From an uncultured Myxococcales bacterium (lineage in GTDB: Bacteria; Myxococcota; UBA4151), in the NCBI GenBank assembly GCA_964013405.1, contig CAXGWI010000073.1, positions 1 through 16,713 of the forward strand: DNA of 16,713 bases, read 5' to 3'. Position 1 is the stretch's first letter. Each line of letters starts with the position of its first letter. Made by a program: the position numbers and the translations under genes. Under the pieces are notes generated by a model, which saw only the letters and a program-made list of their open reading frames with translations, had not been told where the DNA came from and did not search any database. Below, one piece after another: positions 1 through 7,481 of the stretch.

Positions 1-88
1 TGGAGCCCGCCGAAAGGTGGGCACCATCGTTTTTGGAGCCCGCCGAAAGGTGGGCACCATCGTTTTTGGAGCCCGCCGAAAGGTGGGC
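1..88. repeat. 33-bp tandem repeat (about 2.7 visible copies, may continue left of the window); each unit has a GCCCGCC-GAAA-GGTGGGC hairpin
   Basis: TGGAGCCCGCCGAAAGGTGGGCACCATCGTTTT starts at 1 and 34; a partial third copy is at 67-88. Copies are identical, with no spacers. Confidence 0.95.
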
Positions 89-168
89 GCTACGACCCCA
101 CCTTGCCCTGAGCGGGCGGGTCGGCCAAGTGAGCGGCCAAACCATAGTTAGAGGTGGCCCTGGTGGGA

Positions 169-198
169 TTGACGCAGTCGATGACCAAGGTAAATACT
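169..198 (+). promoter_or_regulatory. possible sigma70-type promoter for the bL12-domain ORF
   Basis: TTGACG at 169-174 and AT-rich TAAATACT at 191-198, upstream of GGAG (215-218) and ATG 226. Spacing is imperfect. Confidence 0.3.
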
Positions 199-225
199 CG
201 GGTCCATCAAACACGGAGAAATGTG

Positions 226-639
226 ATGGCGATGATGGGAACGGAAGAGAACAAAGTTGAGCAAGGGGTTGTTATGACCGATGGTTTTATGTCGGATGGC
301 AGTGCTCAGTTTATTTGGCGTTATAAACTCCCCCACGGATGGATGCTGAGTGTACGAAACGGAGGCGGCTTTGTTCCTTTCGCCGAAGACGGAACGGGCT
401 GGGGCAAGAACGACCCTGCACGTTTAGCACATCAACTTAACGTCGTTCTTACGAACTGTGGCATCCGTAAGATCGAGGTCATTAAAGCGGTTATTGAGTT
501 AACAGGTGCTGGTCTTAAAGAGGCTAAGACCATGGTCGAGAGTGCTCCGATAACTATCAAAGCAGCGGCATCGAAAGAAGAAGCCGTTACTGCCAAAGCT
601 GTTCTTGTGGCAGCGGGGGCTCATGTTGAGCTTGGATAA
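226..639 (+). CDS. hypothetical protein: unknown N-terminal domain fused to a ribosomal protein bL12 (L7/L12) C-terminal domain; not canonical rplL
   Basis: C-terminus KIEVIKAVIELTGAGLKEAKTMVESAP..IK...SKEEA...K..L..AGA.VEL matches the bL12 CTD. The bL12 N-terminal dimerisation domain and Ala-rich hinge are absent. Start placed at ATG 226 behind GGAG; the ORF is open from 154. Confidence 0.8.
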   Translation: MAMMGTEENKVEQGVVMTDGFMSDGSAQFIWRYKLPHGWMLSVRNGGGFVPFAEDGTGWGKNDPARLAHQLNVVLTNCGIRKIEVIKAVIELTGAGLKEAKTMVESAPITIKAAASKEEAVTAKAVLVAAGAHVELG

Positions 640-687
640 AAGAAGCGCACCCAGCTACTTCACCATCTAAGTGTCTGATAATACTTT

Positions 688-735
688 GCAGCGGGGGCTA
701 AACTCGAACCAGTGACCTTCAGGTTATGAGCCCGA
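688..735 (-). pseudogene. degenerate 3' fragment of initiator tRNA-fMet (CAT), att-like remnant
   Basis: Minus strand reads TCGGGCTCATAACCTGAAGGTCACTGGTTCGAGTTTAGCCCCCGCTGC: fMet-type anticodon arm (GGG-CTCATAA-CCT), GGTTCGAG T-loop and CCCCGC acceptor 3' strand. No D-arm, 5' acceptor strand or CCA. Confidence 0.8.
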
Positions 736-761
736 AAGGTGGGCATTGCTCTTAAAGGGGG

Positions 762-1784
762 CTACTCGAAGCGCTTAAACAGCACCGTCCCCATCTTGCC
801 TTCAAGCTTGAGGATACCGGCCATGCCCCGCAGAGCCTTGCCCCCATTCATCGACCAGGGAAAGCCACTGGCCGAGCCCACATTGAAGTAGGCTGACTTC
901 ATCGGCTTGCCCTCTTCACCGACCTTTTTGTTGTAGGCGGTAGAGACGGCCCCACCGGCTTCGAGGATGTGGCCGTGGATCCCAAAGGGGATCTTCACCT
1001 GCTGGATCAGACGAAAAATCGCCTTATCACCCACGTGCTTGCCGTCGGTGATGATGTCGAGCCCAACCTTGCCACTGCCCCCGGGAGGCCCGTGGGCAAC
1101 CAGGACATGGGTCTGCTTCTTGGCCGCTCGAACCCCTCGGTGAATGTCGATGATGTGATCTTTTTCGTAATGGCAGCCGGGATTGCCGTAGATGAATCGC
1201 TTGTCGTGATAGCCGGGAAGGGTCCAGAGGCTGTAGCTCCCCCAGTCGAGCTGACGCACCCAGTTTCCATTGATCAGGTTGCGGTGCTTCTTCTCCATCT
1301 GAACCAGCGTTCGATTAAAAGTGGTCCGACTCTCGGAGTTGCCAGCGAAGACGAGCACTGGCTTGTCGAAGGCGGCCAGCAGGGTGAAGACATCTTGCAG
1401 TTCAAAGTCGTCGGTCACCACATCGCCGTTCGCCACCACGAGATCGACACCTTCTTTCTCAAACCAAGCCTTGAACGCATCCAAGTTTTTCCGGGTGTCT
1501 TTCGCAGCGTCCTTGATGGCACCGAGAACACCGATGGTCAGCTTCGCATCCTGAACACTAGCGCCCTTGAAGACGAAACGGCTGCCAAGCCGGTCCACCA
1601 TCAAGTTGCCGATCGTGATGGAGTCGGGCGCCGAGAAGGTGACGGTTCGGCCAGGGCATTGGTATTTTGCCTTCTGGGTCATCTCCTTCCAGTTTTGCGG
1701 TGCCTCTTCCTCACCAAAAGGGTTCGGTGCCGCAGTCGCGGATTGGGCAAGGAACAAAAGGGGGACCAGGAGCGCTGATCGCAT
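762..1784 (-). CDS. secreted calcineurin-like metallophosphoesterase-fold protein with degenerate metal site (paralog 1)
   Basis: Signal peptide MRSALLVPLLFLAQSATA; motifs VANGD, FAGNSE, VAHGPP, HGHILE; GGAGG upstream of ATG 1784. Confidence 0.85.
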   Translation of the reverse strand: MRSALLVPLLFLAQSATAAPNPFGEEEAPQNWKEMTQKAKYQCPGRTVTFSAPDSITIGNLMVDRLGSRFVFKGASVQDAKLTIGVLGAIKDAAKDTRKNLDAFKAWFEKEGVDLVVANGDVVTDDFELQDVFTLLAAFDKPVLVFAGNSESRTTFNRTLVQMEKKHRNLINGNWVRQLDWGSYSLWTLPGYHDKRFIYGNPGCHYEKDHIIDIHRGVRAAKKQTHVLVAHGPPGGSGKVGLDIITDGKHVGDKAIFRLIQQVKIPFGIHGHILEAGGAVSTAYNKKVGEEGKPMKSAYFNVGSASGFPWSMNGGKALRGMAGILKLEGKMGTVLFKRFE

Positions 1785-1858
1785 GAAGAAACGTACCTCC
1801 GTCCGGGCTAGCTTGCCGGAGCCCGCAGGCGGTGACAAGTAAGACCAGGCGAAAGACG

Positions 1859-2695
1859 ATGAAGCGCGCAGAACTGTTCACTATCTCTTCCCCAGCGAAG
1901 CTGGAGCGATTGCAGGCCGGCCTGGAAGCGGCCCTGGCCGCCGGCTTCGAACTCGGTGAGGTCCCAGACTGCATTCACAGCGCGGGGTATCTCGCCGGTG
2001 ATGATGATGCTCGCGCCCAATCTCTACGGCGGGCTCTTGCGTCGAAAGAGGCTGATTTCGCTTGGGCGATTCGTGGGGGCTACGGTGCGGCGAGAACCCC
2101 TCTGCCCGGGGCCGAGCTTCTGCGAGATGGCAACACGGTCCTGGGTTTCTCTGATCTCACCTACCTGCTCGCCATTGTGCACGCCGCTGGCGGTCGGGCC
2201 ATCCACGGGCCGGTTCTGACGAGCTTCGCCGATGCCGACGAACCCAGTCGCCGGGCCCTCAACGCCGCCCTCGCTGGGGAACCACGACGGTGGCAGTTAC
2301 AGACCACCGATGGGAAAGCTCAGCTTGGGGCCGCGCCGGTCATCGGTGGCAACCTGGCCGTGCTCGCAACACTTCTCGGCACCCAACACTGCCCCCAATT
2401 CGCGGGGCACTACGTCATTCTGGAAGATGTAGGGGAGGCCCATTACCGCCTCGATCGAGCACTGAATCACCTGCTTCGAGCCAGTGACTTAAGCCAAGCC
2501 AAGGGCATCATATTGGGGCATTTCGTCCACTGTCCGGAGGGGGCAGCCCCCCTCATGGAGCGCCTCGTTCGAGCCCATCAAATCCCCTGTTGGACCCATG
2601 CGCCGGTGGGGCATGGCCACGAGAATCATGCCTTCATTTGGGGCGAGCAGGCCAGCATCGATGGGGAAGGCCAGATGGTGCTTCATGGATCCTGA
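1859..2695 (+). CDS. ldcA: LD-carboxypeptidase, peptidase family S66 (muramoyltetrapeptide carboxypeptidase)
   Basis: YLAGDD..RA, RGGYG, GFSDLT (catalytic Ser), HGP, GGNL, LEDVGE..YR.DR (Glu), GHG..N (His). Confidence 0.92.
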   Translation: MKRAELFTISSPAKLERLQAGLEAALAAGFELGEVPDCIHSAGYLAGDDDARAQSLRRALASKEADFAWAIRGGYGAARTPLPGAELLRDGNTVLGFSDLTYLLAIVHAAGGRAIHGPVLTSFADADEPSRRALNAALAGEPRRWQLQTTDGKAQLGAAPVIGGNLAVLATLLGTQHCPQFAGHYVILEDVGEAHYRLDRALNHLLRASDLSQAKGIILGHFVHCPEGAAPLMERLVRAHQIPCWTHAPVGHGHENHAFIWGEQASIDGEGQMVLHGS

Positions 2696-3671
2696 ACTCG
2701 AGGCCTTTGTGGGCTTCAACGGCGTATGTACCCAACTCGGCTGGGCCGTGCGGCAGGGCCAAGAGTTAAGCCTAGGCACCCTCGGCTGCCCCCAAGACCG
2801 CATCTTCGACCTGGCGAGCCTGACGAAGCCCCTGGGCACGGCCACGGCCTTCGCCTTCCTCCTTGAGCGAGGGGTTTTGGGCCTCGACGACCCCATCGGG
2901 CGGTGGCTGCCGGAAGCTCCCTTTCCTTTGTCGACACGACCCCTGAGCGAATTGCTCAGCCATCGGGCCGGCCTGGCGGCCTGGGCCGACCTAGGCCAAG
3001 GCCTGTCGGGAACGGCCCACCAGCGCCTCGCCGGCCTGCGGAGCGCGGCTCTTGAGCAAGCCTTGGCCTCCGCACCTGGCACGGAAACGCTCTACTCAGA
3101 CCTGGGCTACATCCTGGCGGCCTGGGTGGCTGAGCGGGCCGGTCAACCGGTGGATGCCGTGCGAGACGCTTGCCAGTGGAATGGACTGTTCGTCCCCCAT
3201 GTGGACGGGCCCAAAGAACCCCGGGCCTATGCCCCCACCGGCTTCAGCCCCCAGGGAGCAAAGCTCCAAGGTCGAGTTCACGACGATAATTGTCGGGCAG
3301 CGGGCGGTGAAAACACCGGCCATGCCGGTTGGTTCGGTCATCTTGAGGGCGTCGCCCAGGCCGTCGCCGCTTGGCATGACCTTCTCACGGACCGAGCCAG
3401 TGTCCTGCCCCCCGCAGGCCGGCCCCTGGCGCAAGGGGAGCCTGGCCAGCGAACAGCAGGGTTTGATGTGCCCACACCGGGCGGCAGCACGGGAGGGGGT
3501 TGGAGTTTAGGGACTGTCGGTCACCTCGGCTTTACAGGCACCGCCTTTTGGATCGACCCGAAAAAAGACCGCTCGGCGGTCCTGCTGACCAATCGCACCT
3601 TTCCCGATGGCGAAGACCGAGGGATCACCGTGCTCCGCCAGTGGTTCTTCGACTGGGTGGCAAAACTCTAA
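2685..3671 (+). CDS. beta-lactamase-fold serine hydrolase (class C/AmiE-like), no signal peptide
   Basis: FDLASLTK (SxxK), LLSHRAGL, YSDLGY, GRVHDDN, GHAGWF, GHLGFTGT.FWIDP, LLTNR. ATG 2685 overlaps the 3' end of ldcA. Confidence 0.88.
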   Translation: MDPELEAFVGFNGVCTQLGWAVRQGQELSLGTLGCPQDRIFDLASLTKPLGTATAFAFLLERGVLGLDDPIGRWLPEAPFPLSTRPLSELLSHRAGLAAWADLGQGLSGTAHQRLAGLRSAALEQALASAPGTETLYSDLGYILAAWVAERAGQPVDAVRDACQWNGLFVPHVDGPKEPRAYAPTGFSPQGAKLQGRVHDDNCRAAGGENTGHAGWFGHLEGVAQAVAAWHDLLTDRASVLPPAGRPLAQGEPGQRTAGFDVPTPGGSTGGGWSLGTVGHLGFTGTAFWIDPKKDRSAVLLTNRTFPDGEDRGITVLRQWFFDWVAKL

Positions 3672-3714
3672 ATGGGGGCCCCTTAGGGGCCGATGATGGA
3701 ATCGGAGCCCCCCC

Positions 3715-5163
3715 ATGAACCTCCCCATCGATGAACAGCCTCTCCCCGATCTCTCTCACGTGGAGAGTATCCACATTCTTGGCATCTGCGGCACGGCCAT
3801 GGGCACCTTCGCCGGCTTGTTGGTCGAACGGGGCTACACGGTGACCGGCTCCGACGCGGGGGTTTATCCCCCCATGAGCACCCAGCTTGAAGCCTTGGGT
3901 ATCGAGTTGATGGAAGGCTATAAGGCGGAGAATCTCGATCACAACCCGGATCTGGTGGTCGTGGGTAATGTCATTCGACGAACCAACCCCGAAGCGACGG
4001 CGATGCGAGCGCGCAACCTACTCCACACCAGTTTTCCCAGGGCTCTTGGCGCCCTCTTTCTCGAGGGGGCCCACCCCGTCGTCCTCGCGGGCACCCACGG
4101 CAAAACGACGACCACAGCCATCACCGCACACCTCCTCCACCACGCGGGCCTCGACCCCAGCTTTCTCGTTGGGGGGATTCCCCTCAACTTCGGCCAGTCC
4201 TTTCGCCTCGGTGCGGGACCCCACTTCGTTCTTGAAGGCGACGAATACGACACCGCGTATTTCGACAAAGTTCCCAAGTTTAAACACTACCGCCCCCAGA
4301 CCAGCGTGCTCACCAGCGTCGAGTTCGATCATGCGGACATCTATGAGGACTTGGCTGCGGTCGAAGCAGCCTTCGACCTGCTCACAGACCGGACCGCCCA
4401 AAACGGGGGCTGCCTCATCGCCTGCCACCGTGATGCCGGGGCCCAACGCCTCGACCAACGGGCCCCCAAGGAGCTCGCTCGCCGCCCCTACCTCAGCCCC
4501 CATGGTCTAGACGTCAGCGACTTAGCGGTTGGCCATCACGGCTATACCCTCACCCTGACCCGCGGCGGCGAGCCCGTGGGTGAGCTCCTCGTCCCCATGT
4601 ATGGCCGTCATAATGTGGCCAATGCTCTTGCCGCCTACGAAGTGGCCGCCAGCCTGGGCCTGAGCCACCAACAAATCGCTGCCGGAATGGCCTGTTTCGA
4701 AGGCGTAAAACGAAGGATGGAGCTACGGGGCAGCCGTCGAGGCGTCAAAGTCTTCGATGACTTCGCTCACCACCCAACGGCCGTCAAAACCACCCTCGAA
4801 GGCCTCCGCGAGCGCCATCCGAACCAGCGCATCTTGGCGGTCTTCGAGCCTCGAAGTGCCACCAGCTGTCGAAAAGTTTTTCAGCAGCCCTATTTGGAGG
4901 CTTTCGACCAGGCGGATCTTGTCTGGATTGCGGCCAATGCACGGGCCGCAGAGCTTCCCGAGGACGAGCGCTTCCTGCCCGAAGATCTCGTCCTTGAGCT
5001 CAAGAGCAGGGGCGTCAATGCCCGCTTTGGAGCCGATGTGGGCGCCATCGTCGACGATTTAGGCATCACCGCCCGAGATGGTGACCTCATCGTCATTATG
5101 TCCAATGGCGGATTCGGCTCCATTCACCAGCGGGTTTTGGACCGACTCCAAGCTGCAGCCTGA
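3715..5163 (+). CDS. mpl: UDP-N-acetylmuramate:L-alanyl-gamma-D-glutamyl-meso-diaminopimelate ligase (murein peptide ligase)
   Basis: HILGICGTAMG, YPPMSTQL, AGTHGKTTT, EGDEYDTAYFDK, EFDHADIY, DDFAHHPTA, FEPRS, MSNGGFG: Mpl signatures rather than MurC. Confidence 0.95.
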   Translation: MNLPIDEQPLPDLSHVESIHILGICGTAMGTFAGLLVERGYTVTGSDAGVYPPMSTQLEALGIELMEGYKAENLDHNPDLVVVGNVIRRTNPEATAMRARNLLHTSFPRALGALFLEGAHPVVLAGTHGKTTTTAITAHLLHHAGLDPSFLVGGIPLNFGQSFRLGAGPHFVLEGDEYDTAYFDKVPKFKHYRPQTSVLTSVEFDHADIYEDLAAVEAAFDLLTDRTAQNGGCLIACHRDAGAQRLDQRAPKELARRPYLSPHGLDVSDLAVGHHGYTLTLTRGGEPVGELLVPMYGRHNVANALAAYEVAASLGLSHQQIAAGMACFEGVKRRMELRGSRRGVKVFDDFAHHPTAVKTTLEGLRERHPNQRILAVFEPRSATSCRKVFQQPYLEAFDQADLVWIAANARAAELPEDERFLPEDLVLELKSRGVNARFGADVGAIVDDLGITARDGDLIVIMSNGGFGSIHQRVLDRLQAAA

Positions 5164-5251
5164 ATAGCTCCGCATTCTGACCGTCCACCTTGCCATCGCA
5201 GGCCCCTCTAGGGCATGCCCAAGCCACCCGGGCTAAACGAAGGAGTCTACT

Positions 5252-6244
5252 TTGCGTCTTGCCCTCATCCTCACTTTCCTGCCTTTGTCTGCTCAAGCGG
5301 GTCCCGGATGGGACGCGTATACGAAGAAGAATCGCTACCACTGCCCCGGAAAATTCAAGACCCTCGACAGTCCTGAAGAGGTGAAGTTCGGTAAGTTCAC
5401 CTACACGGTGAACGGCAGCCACTGGACGGTCAAAGGCCCCCTCGCTTCCAAAGGCAAGATCGTCGTCGGTGTGCTGTCTGCCCTGAAAGATCCCAGCGAC
5501 GGCACGCAAAAGCATGTGGAGATTTTTGCCGGCTGGTTCCGCAAGCAACGGGTCGATCTCGTCATCGCCAACGGCGACCTTGCCCTCAATGAGTTCGACC
5601 TCGAAGCGGTGATGGAGATCATCGGGAAGAACTTCAAAAAGGTCCCCGTCCTGATGCATCCGGGCAACTCCGAGAGCCGAACGAGTTTTAACCGGACGGT
5701 CACCCAAATGGCGAAGAAGTACCCCAACTTCATCAACGGGGCCATGGTCCGGCGCTTGGATTGGGGAAAGCACACCTTCTGGACCCTTCCTGGTTATCAC
5801 GACAAGCGCTTCTTCGGCACGGGAAGTGCTTGTAAGTACAAGGAAGACCACACCCTCGAGCTGTCTCGGAAGATCGACGAAGAGCCCAAGCGGAATCACA
5901 TCCTGGTGGCCCATGGCCCCCCCAAGGCAAAAGGGAATATTGGCCTGGACCGAATCATGGATGGTGCCCATGTCGGCGACCAGCAAATCACCGACCTGAT
6001 CCAGGGCTCAAAGATCAAGTGGGGGATCTTCGGACACATCTTAGAGTCCGGTGGAACCGTTGCGACGAACTTTATGAAACGCAAGGCAGCAGCCAGCCAA
6101 AAACTATCGAGCCTGTACTTCAATGCGGGCAGCGCCTGCAACTTCCCCATGAGTCTTCGGGGAGGCAAGGATATCCGTGGGATGGCCGCGGTAACCCGTA
6201 TCGGCCTGAAAAAATCCAGCGTCATCTTTAACATCCAACGCTAG
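5252..6244 (+). CDS. secreted calcineurin-like metallophosphoesterase-fold protein with degenerate metal site (paralog 2)
   Basis: TTG start after AGGAG; signal peptide MRLALILTFLPLSAQA; IANGD, PGNSE, VAHGPP, FGHILE; collinear with the 762-1784 protein. Confidence 0.85.
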   Translation: MRLALILTFLPLSAQAGPGWDAYTKKNRYHCPGKFKTLDSPEEVKFGKFTYTVNGSHWTVKGPLASKGKIVVGVLSALKDPSDGTQKHVEIFAGWFRKQRVDLVIANGDLALNEFDLEAVMEIIGKNFKKVPVLMHPGNSESRTSFNRTVTQMAKKYPNFINGAMVRRLDWGKHTFWTLPGYHDKRFFGTGSACKYKEDHTLELSRKIDEEPKRNHILVAHGPPKAKGNIGLDRIMDGAHVGDQQITDLIQGSKIKWGIFGHILESGGTVATNFMKRKAAASQKLSSLYFNAGSACNFPMSLRGGKDIRGMAAVTRIGLKKSSVIFNIQR

Positions 6245-6256
6245 GATCAGCGACAC

Positions 6257-7261
6257 GTGCGGATCGCAGTTCTCGGCGCGGGCAGCTTCGGCACGGCCCT
6301 CGCTGTCCATCTGGCCCGCCGGGGTCACAATGTCCGGCTTTGGGGTCGACAGCGAGACCACCTCGAGGCCTCGAGACAACAGCGAAAAAACACCCGCTTT
6401 CTTTCAGAGATCCCCTTTCCCGAAGGCCTAGAAGCCGAACCGGACCTCGAGGGGTGCCTTGAAGGCTGTAACTTCATCGTCAGTGCGATTCCCACCAAAG
6501 GGATTGCTTCATTTTGGAGCAAGCACGCGGCGAAGGTACCCGATGGGGTGCCGGTGGTGAACGCGGCGAAAGGGATCAGCACCGACGGACTTGAAACCGT
6601 CGATGAGATCTTTCGAGAGTGCTTTGGGCGGCTGCGCTCCAGCCAGGTCGTCTTTCTCTCAGGCCCCAGCTTCGCTTTGGAGTTGGCCATGGGCAAGCCC
6701 ACCTTGCTCCTCATCGCCGGCCGGGATGACCGAATGGTGGAGTTGGCCCGAGAAACCTTCAATGGCGGCCAGGTAAAGACCTACATCAGTGACGATGTGA
6801 TCGGTGTGGTCCTCGGTGGTGCGCTCAAAAACGTCATCGCGATCGCCACAGGGATGGCGGATGGCATGAACGCAGGGACGAATGCGCGGGCTGGCCTCAT
6901 CACCCGGGGGCTACATGAGATGAACCGATTGGCCACCCGTTTGGGGGCCAATCCCCTCACACTCTCCGGTCTAGCCGGCATGGGGGACTTGGTACTGACC
7001 TGCACGGGAGATCTGAGTCGAAACCGCCGCCTAGGGATGGCCATCGGGCAGGGCAAAAGCCTCGAAGAAGCCATCGAGGCCATGCATGGCCAAGTGGCTG
7101 AAGGCCTCTACACGGCCGAAGCGGTCGCCAAGCTCAGCGAGCGCCATGATTTGGACATGCCCATCTGCACGACGACAGCGGCGATTCTGAGCGGTGCCAT
7201 CACCGTGGATGAAGGGCTAAAACACCTGCTTTCCCGGCCCACCCGGCACGAACGAGCCTAA
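6257..7261 (+). CDS. gpsA: NAD(P)H-dependent glycerol-3-phosphate dehydrogenase
   Basis: GAGSFGTALA, KGI, LSGPSFA.E, GGALKNVIAIA.G, GLAGMGDLVLTCTGDLSRN. Confidence 0.97.
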   Translation: MRIAVLGAGSFGTALAVHLARRGHNVRLWGRQRDHLEASRQQRKNTRFLSEIPFPEGLEAEPDLEGCLEGCNFIVSAIPTKGIASFWSKHAAKVPDGVPVVNAAKGISTDGLETVDEIFRECFGRLRSSQVVFLSGPSFALELAMGKPTLLLIAGRDDRMVELARETFNGGQVKTYISDDVIGVVLGGALKNVIAIATGMADGMNAGTNARAGLITRGLHEMNRLATRLGANPLTLSGLAGMGDLVLTCTGDLSRNRRLGMAIGQGKSLEEAIEAMHGQVAEGLYTAEAVAKLSERHDLDMPICTTTAAILSGAITVDEGLKHLLSRPTRHERA

Positions 7262-7451
7262 GCCCCTGCTGCAGGCTCCGGGTCATAAACTCTAAAGGAG
7301 CCCTCCCCCCTAAGCCCCTGATAGCGGCCGCCTTTCGCCCAGGTTGCTTTGGATCGTACGAGCTTAGCAGAGCTTGTATTATGCTCTGTAGTCCACGCAA
7401 GAGACGGCAGCCTTGCGAGTCATGAAAATATAGACTTTTAAACGACATATT

Positions 7452-7478
7452 TGGTGGAGGCGCCGGGAATTGAACCCG
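7452..7478 (-). other. isolated 3' end of tmRNA (ssrA), att-like remnant
   Basis: Minus strand CGGGTTCAATTCCCGGCGCCTCCACCA = T-arm, acceptor 3' strand CGCCTCC and ACCA, typical of tmRNA. It begins a few nt after the sthA stop, leaving no room for the gene body. Confidence 0.75.
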
Positions 7479-7481
7479 TTA

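Noticed and set aside
1..88. CRISPR array
   Set aside because: Units are contiguous with no unique spacers, and there are no cas genes in the window.
33..260. 75-aa ORF with repeated EPAERWA
   Set aside because: Starts inside the repeat, has no recognisable domain and overlaps the bL12-domain ORF; it could only be the tail of an upstream gene, which cannot be judged here.
154..639. Annotation as housekeeping rplL
   Set aside because: Lacks the bL12 N-terminal domain and hinge, and has no rplJ/rpoB context.
2685..3671. Antibiotic-resistance beta-lactamase
   Set aside because: No signal peptide and no KTG motif; the context points to cell-wall recycling.
3672..3716. G/C-rich hairpins before mpl as a riboswitch or terminator
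   Set aside because: Only about 45 nt, pairing is driven by G and C runs, and there is no U-tract or known aptamer.
735..7451. One genomic island bounded by the two RNA-gene fragments
   Set aside because: The fragments come from different RNAs (fMet and tmRNA), so they are not an attL/attR pair; the content is host-like housekeeping with no integrase.
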